Below are positions 26,423 to 38,785 of a stretch of DNA of 64,000 bases, in pieces (position 1 is the first letter of the stretch; every line of letters starts with the position of its first letter). The notes beneath the pieces are model-generated. The model was not told where the DNA came from. It did not search any database and worked only from the letters and a program-made list of their open reading frames with translations. This DNA comes from Parasitella parasitica NRRL 2501 (taxonomy: Eukaryota; Fungi; Mucoromycota). The position numbers were made by a program, and so were the translations under genes. The DNA is taken from NCBI GenBank assembly GCA_025201805.1, contig MU619240.1, positions 1 through 64,000 of the forward strand, in the 5' to 3' direction.

Positions 26423-27983
26423 TATACATGTATACATGCTGCTACCGGAAGAGCTCAATCTCATTTTGGTTTATATTATAGTTTGGGAATGGGTTATTTT
26501 GCATCACTTGAAACAAAAGAGAATACACCAATCGACGTGAAAGAAGAAGAACTAGGTGGTACCAGACGTAGCACGCGGAAGCGAAAATCGGCTTTATACG
26601 AAGGTTTGTTTGACAAATTAAGAAAAACTTTAATAGTCGACTGATTTTCATGGGTTTTATTTATCAGAATATTTGGCTTACTCTCAAAACGACCCGCCAG
26701 CCTCGTCCAGCACAAGACGGTCAAAGAGAGCTTCACTTGAGCCATCACCAAAGCTATCCAACTCTTTAGAAGAGTTGATCGGAGAACAGCAACATCAAAT
26801 TGAATTAGACCCGCCCAATGCAATCAAGAAGGAACCAACTCCTCCCATGCCTATATCCCCAACCACAGCTACAACAGAAAGAATGGCAAGGCTAAAAGTA
26901 ATGAGTATTGATTTCTTATGTGGTAGTGATGAGGAAATGTCTCCTGCGCAAAAGGAACGAAGAGTGTCGGATTGTCCATTGCTGGATATATTAGTTGATG
27001 CGGCCTTGGATGCCCCCTATCTACAATCGAACGAACAACATCACCATCAACCTGGTCAAATCACGGTCGTAGTTAACCCAGAAATACATCGTGATGCTGC
27101 TCATAGAGTGTATTTGCAGCAACAGCAGCAATTACAGCAGCAGCAATCAAAACCGGATCTTCAAAGATCTAGACACAGCAAGGAATCATTGACTCAGCCT
27201 GATTCGCCACAGTCGTCTTCGCTAGATTCAAGTGAATCTAAAGCTGATTCAGCAGTAAGCTTATCTCCTCGAATTCAAATGACAAGCAGCAAACACGAAC
27301 AAGAAGAAAATGATCATTTTTGGAGGCGGGAAATGGATGATAGGCTTTTTGAGAATTATGATGATTTTGATGATTTCCTGGATAACGTGTCGGATCTTTC
27401 ATCTGTGAGTAGTACAGAATTATCGTCATGGACCACTGAGGAAGAAGAAGAGGAGGAGCAAAAACTCGCACCATTAGAAAAGTCCAAAAAAACAGCATCG
27501 CTCAGCAACCAGCAATTAGCTTCGCTTACCTGTATTGCTTGTTCTCGGCCCATCATGAAAAAGGATGTTTCGGAGCAAGTAGGTGCTGACCTGTCGGTGA
27601 CTAATGAATTAGCTACATGGACATGGAGTCCAAGTGCAATGTTTACAGACTGGAAGCCTGAAAGATGTCCCCGTTGTGAGCGTCATTTTGTAATCTTTGG
27701 ACAAGAGTGGCCAAATCGAAAGATTAAAAAAAAACATGTGCTGAACAATGAAGATAAGAAATCGAAAAAGACCAGCAGAAAAATCAAAAAGAAATCATCA
27801 ACCAACATCAACAAAAAATCAACCTTGTCGTCTTCTTCAGTCATTGATGCAGCACCAGAAGCAGCAGTACCTGAGCCAGTACCGGGAACACCCCTATATC
27901 TAATGCAGGATGACCCGAATGATTTAAGTTATATACCACCATCTCCGTTGTCAGACCCACACTATGAAGATGACCCATTTTAA
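25300..27983 (+). CDS. SET9: Histone H4K20 methyltransferase Set9/SUV4-20
   Basis: N-terminal LSRYDDLFTDIFLD, SET domain [27 protein letters not shown]...EITVYYG and post-SET CECRCITCE, followed by a long disordered tail. Confidence 0.92.
25564..25658. repeat. (GTGTGC/GTGTGTGC)n microsatellite in Set9 intron 1
   Basis: Visible alternating purine-pyrimidine tract running into an N gap. Confidence 0.85.
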
Positions 27984-28479
27984 ACTTTTGTCCTCTTTTA
28001 CTTTTCTCCACTTTACATGTGTTTAGTTATATATATAGCCATCTGTACATTATGATAATAAGGCTACCATAGCGTCTCTCTCTCTCTTGATTAATTTATA
28101 TCTTAGTGGTACTGTTTCCCTCTCTTCTCTTTTTAAAAAAAAATCTGTATATATGTATGCGTTCACATTTTTACAATATTCCCTTTCAATGTATTCCTTT
28201 TCTCCACCCTACCCATAATCAGATTCACGCATCAATTACCTTGGGTTGATTAATAAAAATTAGATTAACAAATATCTTCCAATCTCCATTTACAACAATA
28301 CGTGCGTTTGACAGAATTGTTGAGTCATAAGGTTGAATATCCGATATTTTTTTACAGCAATTTTGGTATCACTGTGTACCAAATATCTAATTCTGAATTG
28401 ATAATAAAATTGTTAACTATCTGTCAATTATACACTGTCTTTTAGCTTGCTGATACCTTTCATTTCATTGCACATGAGT

Positions 28480-28900
28480 AATTTGTAAATATTATGCGCT
28501 CATATCGTCTCTTCAGGTTCGGGATCGAATATTTGCAGAATTACACAACATGGTACAGCAAAATCTGCATTGTTTTGCCTATTGAGCGGTGACATTTGTT
28601 TCATCCGGTAAAAATATATGATGTTGTGTAACTGCGTGGTAATCAACCAAGAGCTTATTTTAGAGGGTTGCCGTTAGACAATCCTATCGTTTTCAACACA
28701 TAGTCGCATCTCCAGGTATTGCAGAATATATATATTTACAAGTGAACATAAATAAATTCGTCAGGTATGTATGGATTGGTCCTCAAAAATGGCTTGAAAC
28801 AACAACTTGTTGGGTGAGCTGGTTGGTATTCATAGAAGAAGAGGCTCCCTGGTACATTAATTTAAAATTTTGAGAAATACCAAGCTGATTTAGACCGCAG
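28480..28900 (+). pseudogene. Possible fossil PIF/Harbinger (DDE_Tnp_4-like) transposase fragments
   Basis: Broken frames give GLPLDNPIVF, QHIVASPGI and LVLKNGLKQQL in that order, resembling Harbinger-type GAPLDNCxGF / FQSVVTPDGI / LLRESGL. Many stops and frameshifts. Confidence 0.3.
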
Positions 28901-29223
28901 AGTTGTAAAAAAGCATGTGAACAAGCGTTGCACTTTAAGCTGTCCAACAGTCGACATGATATAATACAAAAAAAGGTAAAACTGTACTGTTATCCTAGCT
29001 AAAGCGAATTCAAGCTTACCAGATTTCGCATTTGCCAAATCAATTCATACCAGCAGACGTGATTTTGCTAAACAACGACAATTAATCTCTCTCTCTCTCT
29101 TTCTCTCCCTGGATGACTTCAATTTTTGTGATCTACAGCCAAGTCTGACGAGGAGGGTAGAGGCCATATTAAATGATGAATATAAAAATTTACACAGAAA
29201 AAAAAACCCCCATTCCATTGCAT

Positions 29224-29616
29224 TTAATCACGCTTAGGGCTTTTGCTCTTGACGTTCTTAACTCTTCCATTCCCATCTTTTTCTTCGTCTTCGTCAGCAT
29301 TGCGCACCAAATGAACNNNNNNNNNNNNNNNNNNNNNNNNNNNNNNNNNAAAAAAAAAAAAAATACATTATCAGATCAACACAGAAGTAATACACAGCTG
29401 TAAACAAGTACCTGTGGGCTTTTTCATCCTACAAAGACCTCTGTATAAATCCCTGAAAGAAGCGACAGTCCTAGGAGGACCACTGGTTGTAGCATTGAAG
29501 TTATTGGCACCTTCTTCCCAATCGTCATGGCCCAGGGGAGCATACATAAAGCGTAACCTCATGAGGTCAGCCTTGTCCTTGGAAGTGTAGGGTATAGAGT
29601 TTGCTTGTGTTGCCAT
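29224..29616 (-). pseudogene. Short Myb/SANT-like (DUF6818-like) ORF, probably transposon-associated or decayed
   Basis: PLGHDDWEEGANNFN...RTVASFRDLYRGLCRMKKPTG fits the P-x-G-x3-W...R-x3-S...K-K-P-T-G pattern. Interrupted by an N gap. Confidence 0.5.
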
Positions 29617-30277
29617 TATTATAAGTTCAAAATTTAGGTAAATATAGTTACGAAAGATTATAAAATGGCAGGTTATTCATACATTTTTACAATCAAGACG
29701 TCCGTAACTATCAAACAAGGCTATGGGATCCGAAAGGCTGATAATTTGTCATGAGAGTCAATCCGTCAGATCAAGAAACTTGATCCAGATTGTGATAGGA
29801 CTCAGTTCAAAATAATCGACAACAATTATATAGAATACAAATGATCGTATCATGTTTTATTATTTCTTTTGTAGTCTTTTCAGAATGAATTTAAGTAGTA
29901 CAATATAGGAAGGATTTCTACTGTCCTTGACATTAACTTTTGTTTATGGGTTCACATTTTTATTCTATGCTGAATCCTCAATCCGGACAAGATACTGCAC
30001 CAACACGGCTAGTATTTATAGACCTAATGAATCAGTCGCGCGAAAAAATTGTTTGACCAGCGTGAAGAAGGTGCCTTCTGTCGGTTTTTGACGGTTGAAT
30101 CTCATCTCACAACGTTGACACTGACATTCAATGGAATTGTATAAAGACTTTTAAAAACTAGGACCAGAGTAACCCTGGCTTCCTTTTTCAATCATTAATA
30201 AAGACCCTACGTTCTCCGTGATATAATCGCTTGTAGTCTCTTTATTTAATTGTCTTTGGAAATGATCGTTATTCCTA

Positions 30278-31770
30278 TTGAAATAACTCTCAGTGCACTC
30301 ATTTACAGCGAGAAAATAGGCTGTATATTGAATCTCAGCAGTGTGTTTTCATTTGGCCCAAACCAGTTTCGAACTTTTTTTTGCATAGTTCATAGCTAGA
30401 TATCTCAGGAACTTAATAGGTATATCGGATATGCTTACTAAGTGTTTTATGACAAAAAATAAATTCTCCATCTAATCATGCAAATTAAAAGGCTATCCAA
30501 ACACCTTTTCATATTAGCAATTCTCAAATATTCAAAAAACGCTATTTTCAATAGTTTTTGAGTAAAAGCAAGCATATTTTGAGCACTTAAAGCTCTATAA
30601 AGTTAATCAGACAAATTAGCATGTCAACACCTACACATCAATACTTTATTTACAACTGTGGCTTTATTATTACTGTCAAAAATAAAAATCTTGTCTCGAC
30701 TAAATCGAAACTACGATTTCCCGGCCCTATGTTCAGAGGGCCAAAATGGAGCCATTCAAAAGGGTAAAAAAAACATGCTGTTTTGTGCCATTATCTCGCT
30801 CAAAAAATCATATTTCTTAACGAAATAAAAACCATTCCATAGATATTTTGTAGCTTTATGTTTTTATTGGTTTAGGATGTATCTTTAGATACTGTCTATT
30901 GCTTTGAAAGTTATGAAAATAAATCAAACCTCTGCTAAAATCTTATGAAAAAATATTTTTTTCTACATATCTATCTAAAAACTAACACATCTAGTATAAA
31001 ATTAAGTTTCAAAAAGATTTTAATAATAACTCGAGCCAAAGTATCTTAGTGGTTTGTTGAGAAAAAGGCGGACAAAGTTTAACGTAAAAAGACAAAATTG
31101 GCTGAAGCTTGTCGAATGCGAACTTGGCTACAATATGTTTAATATCAATAGGTGTGAAAAAACGTGCTTTATTACTTTACTTAGAAACTTGAATATGGTT
31201 TAATTGCAAAATATGGTACTTGTTATAGGAACATATGCTGTAAAATCACTGCAAAATCTGCAAAACCTGGTTTTGGCAATATCTCGACAGCAAAGATAGA
31301 TAGCAAGAATTGGAAAACGTATTCAGATACAGTTATTATACTGGTATTAGCCTGTATTCTTAGCTTGGACCACAAATCCCTACCTAAAAATGACCCCGAA
31401 GGTTGATCCAAAGTTGAAAACTGAAAATCGAATATGAGGTTTAGGGTCCAAACATAGCAAAATCTGAAAAAAGATCAGAGGTGCATGAAAATTGGATATG
31501 TTGTGGAATGATGCAAAAAAAGAAGATTTTGGCTGAAGGTTGTGTCTTTATCGCTTAATAGTTTGTAAAGATATCAGAGATTGCAATATAGGCCTTTAAG
31601 CAGAGAAAAAGGTGGTGATCATGATTAGGTGGTATTTATTTTAGCCAAACCATGAAGCTATATAAAAATAGCTTTTGATGTCATATTTTACAGCGTCTTG
31701 GCTATTGATTCATATTAAGACATAGCCAGATTGCTTATGAAGCTCATGTTTTGCTCCTCATTTGAAATAA
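30278..31770 (-). mobile_element. Non-coding ~1.48 kb repeat unit, copy B (exact monomer, inverted relative to copy A)
   Basis: Reverse complement aligns along 10880-12340, e.g. 31361-31455 vs 11200-11295. Bounded by the direct repeat TTGAAATAA at 30278-30286 and 31762-31770. Confidence 0.8.
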
Positions 31771-33232
31771 GTGCTTCACTGCTAATGGCCGTTATTCGCA
31801 GTGGTAAATTCGAGCTCAGAAATATGTTGCCATTGCAACTTGCTCTCATCCTAAAAGCTGTCGTATAATTTATTTTTACGCAATAAAGTAATAAATGAAA
31901 ATGATGAATAATTGTTTGATAGCCCAAAGCTAACTTCTAAAGCAGGTGATTATATCAATTCCGTGAGTAACGTCTATTTAGTTTGTTTTTGATTAAACAC
32001 ATTTAACTACGAAATATCGTGCCATAAGTCTTTTACATCTGCGATTTCTGAATTTAGCCGCGTTCCTTTTTCTTCCCTTAAATTGTGATTTCTTTATGCA
32101 AATAGTAAAAAAATACAATTTACTCTATATTGTACCTGGTATGCTTTACTAGGTATAATATAAAATAGATATTCGCCTGCAAATCAGGAGACATGAAAGC
32201 TAAAAAAAGGGGGGGGGGGTTCAACTTGACGCCTGATTTTTGGTGCTCAAACGTGTAAAGTGTGCAAATGAAAACTTTTGATTATTTATCCCTAAACAGT
32301 GTTTTAAACAATAGGGACAATTGCAACAAGCTCGTTTTACGTATCTCATCATCATCACAATTGTTAATAAGATATCATTTTGGCGACTTTGTGTTTTAGG
32401 ATCGATATACATGTAGACTGGGGAATTGTGTCAAATGAAATTAAAAATACAGAATTCTTTGTTTATCATGTGAGTAAGGGAATGCAACAACTTTTGAATG
32501 CAAATTGGTCCAATAGGTGTGCATGCTACTGTATTAGGACTATGTGATGTAATTCTTTCATATTGCAATAATCTTATCGATCCATCAACCAAACTTTGAT
32601 TGATTGTCTTTTAGTCGTACATATGAAGAAGGTACGACACGAAGGTCCCATCATCAAACCTATGTGGCACAGAAAGTGACTAAATTATGGATCTACTAAT
32701 GTATGCAACATTATTGATGACACAAAAGATAAGATTCAGATATTATACATAATTAGAGCGCATCAAAGGCTGGGGCCTATATATCAAAAACCAAAACAAT
32801 GCTCGATCGGTATACCTACTATATATGCAATTTTTGTACAAAACTATAATTCCATTAACGTGAAACACCTGCAGAAACAACGTTTTGCTTTTAGGCAAAG
32901 CAATAACTGCAAGGTCCCTATAAAAAAAATAAAATTATCCGTATAGTCAAGAATGTTGAAAACGGTTGAAAAACAACAAACACCTCAAAAATGTCAAAAT
33001 AGAGACTGTAGCCATCAATTTATAATATATTCGTTATGAAAATAGCAAGAGTTTTTATCATTGTGTTTTATTTTATAGACGGAGGTATTATATGCATATG
33101 AAAGTGATATATCTAATGAGATCTAGGCATTGTTGATGTTGTCATCGTTGAGAAATGTACAAGACAACATTGTATATGATACAGGATGTATAAGAATGAT
33201 GGACCAGCATCTTTATAAAGAGAATATCTACA

Positions 33233-33719
33233 TTAAATGAAATTCCATTTGATTTGACAAACACCAAGATCCAGATTGCCACACACTTTCTTGAACACTG
33301 CGATAATGCATTTAGTTGGCTGTAGGAGAATGACATGGTAAAAATATATATATATACTTACAGGCAGAAGACATATCTAAACAACCATGATCACATCCTG
33401 GGCATGTGTCAACAATTCTAGCTTGCACAGTTTTGCCAGTTTTTCCAATGACTTTGACTCTTTTGTTGCATTGGGGGTTTTTGTTTGGATTAGCGCCATT
33501 CTTCATCTGGATATGATTGACAGCTACAACCAAATCATCGTTACTATTCATTTCACCGCAAGAGCCAAGACCGGCAGCGACATCATAGTAGGTTGCTGTT
33601 CCAAGGATAGATAACAGTTTTTTGGCAGTCTTGGCAAGATCCAATGGACGAGCCTCAGCAGGTTGAATCACACAGAATGCAGATAAGATCAAGCAGATAC
33701 AGAGTAACAATTTGTTCAT
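33233..33719 (-). CDS. Secreted RlpA-like double-psi beta-barrel (expansin/loosenin-like) protein
   Basis: Signal peptide, GTATYY, GLGSCG, NPNKNPQC, IVDTCPGC and LDMS. Exon 2 gives LFKKVCGNLDLGVCQIKWNFI*. Confidence 0.9.
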
Positions 33720-34529
33720 GATGTAGATAAGTCAGAGTCTGATATGTAATGAAGTAATGTAGGAAAAAAAAAATGGCACGAAAAACAGGTGCTGTATTTA
33801 TACTACTAGCAACTCCTTGAAATTAGGTTTTAACATATGCTATTTAGCAACATAATAGTAAAATAGCTCATGTCATCTACGATTTCCTTTGCATTTTAGT
33901 GTCCCCGCCCCTAACAAGAAGACACAGCATTATCTCCTATATTTTTTTTTGTACAAATATATCAATCTGTTTACCCCTTGCTTAATGATTTTCCTTTTTG
34001 CCTTTTAATAACAGGTCATCCGAAATTGAGTGGCGTTGTATTGAGATCACCACCACATTATCATCATTCAAAGGAGAAACAAATCCCCAGTAGCCAATTT
34101 TTTTTTTTTTNNNNNNNNNNNNNNNNNNNNNNNNNNNNNNNNNNNNNNNNNNNNNNNNNNNNNNNNNNNNNNNNNNNNNNNNNNNNNNNNNNNNNNNNNN
34201 NNNNNNNNNNNNNNNNNNNNNNNNNNNNNNNNNNNNNNNNNNNNNNNNNNNNNNNNNNNNNNNNNNNNNNNNNNNNNNNNNNNNNNNNNNNNNNNNNNNN
34301 NNNNNNNNNNNNNNNNNNNNNNNNNNNNNNNNNNNNNNNNNNNNNNNNNNNNNNNNNNNNNNNNNNNNNNNNNNNNNNNNNNNNNTAACACACTTGGAAG
34401 ACGACGAAAAAAAAAAACAACAACAAAAGAAACAAAAGAAACAAAAACAGAAACCCAAGCATTGCACACATATTTCGCTTCAATGACAAAAAGTGTAATT
34501 CAGTAGAGTTTATAATTTGACCAAAAAGT

Positions 34530-35045
34530 TTATACAATCTCTCTCCTGATAAAAAGATGCGAATTATTGCTATTATTCACAGTGCATTCCGAATCATCGT
34601 CGTGCCAGCGAAATCCAGACATAATTTGGCTCAAGTGAGGCACATCGGTGTCCATGCCGACTTGATACCATGTATTTTCAATATCTTTCTCTGTGATTTC
34701 TTCCGCTTCTTCAACCTCCTCACTATCAGATGTCGATACAGAATATGGCTCAAACAAAAGCGCACTGTGAGGTCCCTCTTTGACAACTTGCAACTGATGT
34801 TCTGCTTCTTTTGGTTGATCTGCACATGCTAAAATAGCCGCAACATCCTTCAGCACATCGTTTGCATACATCATTGTATTCACCACCTTGTTATCAGGAC
34901 CCATACCAGGACGTAACGCTGTCATAGTGGCATTAGTAGTATTTGTGATAGCGGAGATGCCAGCAGCGGTAGCCATGACAACAGCGCTCGTTGGAGTAGT
35001 CGGTCGTGGTGATTGTGTAGGGGTTAATTTAGTCTGTAAAATAGC

Positions 35046-35076
<31 letters not shown>

Positions 35077-38000
35077 ATCTGCTGCTGCTGCTGCTGCTGC
35101 TGTTGCTGCTGTTGTTGCTGCTGTTGCTGCTGTTGTTGTAAAAGGTGCATCATCTGTGCTGCCTGTTGTGAATTATCTGGCTTGGTATCTTGTTCTGATT
35201 TGACATTGTTATCAGCTGTCAGATCTATTCCACTAGTAGAAGTACCACTATTCTGACGTCCATTATTCATTGTCTGCTGCTGCTGAGTTTGTTCTTGGCG
35301 AGCTAGTTGCTGTTTAGCAGCTTCCACTCTTTCATTCAACATGGCACGAATTTGCTGCTGTTGGGATGGTGTCAATACGATACGATTTTGGGCTGATTGC
35401 TGTAGCAGCCAACTGCATTGCAATGCACGCGGAGGCAAAAGATTTACAATTGCAGGTGAGAGTCCACTAGCAATTGCTGCTTGGTAAATCATTTGAGATT
35501 GTTGCTGTCGTTGGCTAAGTGACATTCCTGCTTGGCCTGCTGCAGTGATTGCAGCAGCAGAATTGCCTATAGCTTCTTGTTGAACACCTGCATTCTGCTG
35601 CTGTTCTTCAATTGATTGTTGTTGTTGAGGAGATGCGTTATGGGTCAATTCCAACATTTGGTTAGGAGTACCAGCTGCTGCTACACTAGCTGGGCTAGAG
35701 GCACTAGGGCTTGCTCCTTGTTGCAATCGGTTTTGTTGTGGAATCGGCGAAGTCCTTTGATGCTGCTGAGGTGTATTAGCTGCAGATAGTGCAGGCGATT
35801 GGTTTGCTCTTTGCTTTTTATTAGCAGGAAGTTTTAAATCGATACTCGGACGCTTCAGGCCAGTCTGCTGCTGATTAGGAGGTGTTGATGTAGCAGAGCT
35901 GTTGGCATCCATCATCTGAGAAGTTTGACCTCGGTTTTGTTGTGTCAGTTGTGGGGTATTTTGACGCTGTTGTTGCGCTTGAGCTTGAGCCTGAGCTTGA
36001 GCCTGAGCTTGTTGTTGCGCTTGCAGTTGAGCTTGAGCAGCTTTTGCCTGTGCTTGTACTAGCTGTTGGGCTTGTTGTTGTTGTTGTAGTTGAGGAGTTT
36101 GGGTTGGAGGGGTCTGGCCATGCTGTTGTTGTTGCTGTTGTTGCTGTTGTTGTTGCTGTTGCTGTTGCTGTTGCTGTTGTTGTTGTTGTTGTGAGAGATC
36201 AGGAGTACCAGCCTGTTGTTGCAAGCTGTCTGAATTTTGTTGTTGCGAAGTACCCGCTGCTGAACTACCCTGTTGTTGCTGCTGGCTGCCTACAGCGTTA
36301 CGAACCCAGGAAAAGTAACCACTAAATTGCTCCTTTAACTTGGTCAGATGTTCTAGTGTAATAACGTATTTGTTCTGCGCCAGCATGGTCAGTTGATCTT
36401 CAAACATGTATTTCATCAAAATTAATCTTCTGGTTGCTTCCATATTGGATGTCAGGGCCAAAAACACTGGCAGCAAACTATCAATCTTGTCATACATGGG
36501 CTTCATCAGTGCTGTATGCTCACGGATGGCTGCCTTTTCTTGATCTGACAAACCCTCAATAGGGTTACCACGCACTTTTTTTTGGGAGGTTTGTTTAGTC
36601 TCTCTTTTTTTTTGTTGTTGTTGTTGTTGCTGGTCTGTTGACCGTGCTGACACTTACCTCTTGTGCTACGGATATTTTCATCGACTTGTCTAACAAGCTC
36701 GGCAGCAGCGGCTCTCTGCTGAAAGTTAATAGTGCGATTGTTTCCTACAGCTTGTTGAGGTTGCTGCGAAGCAATGCCTGATTGAAGGTTGGATCCTAAT
36801 ACATTAGGCATTTGCTGAGAAGCTTGAGATTGCTGTTGTTGTGCCATTTGCTGGGCCTGTTGTTGTGCTAATTGCTGCTGTGCTTGCTGTTGGGCAGCCA
36901 TTTGCTGCTGTGCTTGTTGCTGAGCAGCCAATTGTTGTTGTGCCTGTTGCTGTGCCAACTGTTGTGCTTTTTGCTGTGCTTCTTGTTTTGCTTGAGCTTG
37001 GGCTTGCGCCTGAGCCTGGGCCTGAGCCTGAGCCTGAGCTTGAGCTTGAGCTTGAGCTTGAGCTTGAGCTTGAGCTTGCGCTTGAGCTTGAGCCTGGGCC
37101 TGAGCCTGAGCCTGAGCCTGAGCTTGAGCTTGCGCTTGGGCCTGAGCATGAGCTTGAGCTTGAGCTTGTTGCTGCTGCTGCTGTTGTTGTTGCTGTTGGG
37201 CACGGGCCTGTTGAGCCTGCAAATTTTGCAGTAATTCAGGATTCAATTGCTGCTGTTGTTGCTGGCTCAAAGCCTAGCATATAGAATTGATAAATCAATA
37301 AAAATGTAGAAAGATCAAGTTTACTACTCACACCGGTGAAATTGTTTGGTTGCATTGGAGAGCTTGTAGCATTTACACCAGAGACAGGCGGACGGAAGTT
37401 TTGATTCGAGTTATTCATGCCAATCATGTTGGAACTGTCAGCAGTGGCACCTTGTTGACTCTGTTGCTGGCCCTGCTGCTGGCCCTGAGGGCCTTGGTGT
37501 AGAGCAATTTGGTGGGCAAGATACACTTGAAATTGTTGGGGTGACATGTTGACGACGGCTTGGTTTACATTTCCCATATTCAAATTTTGAAGTATGTTTA
37601 ATGGGATTTGCTGCTGAGCAGTATTGACATTGGCGGCCACTTGAGCTGGAGTGTTGCCATTTGTTCCGACTCCATTATTTCCTGCTGCTGCCGCTGCTGC
37701 CATTGCCTGAGCAGCAGTTCGTTGAAGCGTATGCATTTGTGCTTGGTGGGCTTGCTGCTGCTGAGGTTGAGCAGTTAAATTGGCTTGATTTGAATGCTGA
37801 GGCCTTCCCTGCATCATGTTTTGCTGGAACATGTTTGGTCGCAGTTGGTTTTGGTTCATATTTTGCTGCTGTTGGTTCATATTCAAAGGCGAAGACAGGT
37901 TTTGCATCTGCTGAACAGATGAAACTTGAGGGGAAGCAGTTTGCTGTTGCTGAGCTTGCTGCTGTTGCTGCTGCTGTTGCTGCTGTTGCTGCTGTTGCTG

Positions 38001-38638
38001 CTGTTGCGCTTGTTGCGCTTGTTGTTGTTGCTGCTGTTGCAATAATGGAGACATTTGTTGTCCACCTGCAAGTGCATTTAGGCTCAATTGCAATTGGCTA
38101 TCATTCAGCATTGGAGCACCTCCATTTTGACTCTGCAATTGAAACTTGATCTGATGAAATTTTCTCGCGTAAGCCAAAATGTACTGATTCTGGAAAAAAT
38201 AAAATCAAAGAAAATAGAATACGGGTTCAGTTTAGAGACGCAGAATACCAAGTGTTTGTATACCTTGCTAGTGCTTCTGGTAAACAATGTCAATTCAAAG
38301 TTTTTAGCAGCAGCAAATATGTCATTATCAGACGTGGAAGGAGATAGATGCTTCAACGCATTCCCCCTACAGAAGTCAAGGAATTATTAGACAATGAACC
38401 GGATACGAAATGATTAGATCTTTTACAATTGGGAAACAAAACGTGCTCTGTCTTGCACAGTTAAATCCTCTCTCCAGTTGGCATTTGGCACTTCATTAGA
38501 TAAATTAAGGTTTAAAGGGTTCTGCTGCTGTTGCTGCTGTTGCTGCTGTTGGGGCTGTTGGGGCTGTTGGGGCTGTTGCTGCTGAGCCTGCTGTTGCGGT
38601 GGTTGGCCATTTGGTATATTAGGATTCTGCTGGTTCAT
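34530..38638 (-). CDS. MED15: Mediator subunit Med15/Gal11
   Basis: N-terminal KIX-like domain ([18 protein letters not shown]...[16 protein letters not shown]), long polyQ/poly-QA tracts and a Gal11-type helical domain ([12 protein letters not shown]...[16 protein letters not shown]). Confidence 0.8.
36990..37170 (-). repeat. Coding (CAR GCN)n hexamer repeat encoding poly-QA in Med15
   Basis: Tandem TGAGCT/TGAGCC units on the + strand, more than 25 QA dipeptides. Confidence 0.9.
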
Positions 38639-38785
38639 GTTCAATTACGATAGATGGTCAGCTACGTGTTATTTTCCTCGATATACTTTATCAAAGAAAT
38701 AACAGCTATTATTTCTCTGGCCGAGTATACAGAGTTGAAGGATAAAAGGAGAAGAAAGAGAAGAATTGCGAAATCTGAAAAGTGT

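Noticed and set aside
33978-34537. Long ORFs full of X
   Set aside because: Artefacts of the N gap at ~34111-34385.
36575-36657. (CAA)n in a Med15 intron reads as in-frame polyQ, suggesting an alternative exon
   Set aside because: The in-frame upstream acceptor would leave only a ~23-nt intron, which is too short; the A-rich downstream acceptor explains the gene.
34888-38149. Poly-Cys, poly-Leu/Ser, poly-EL and poly-Val ORFs
   Set aside because: Antisense or alternative-frame shadows of the Med15 Q and QA repeats.
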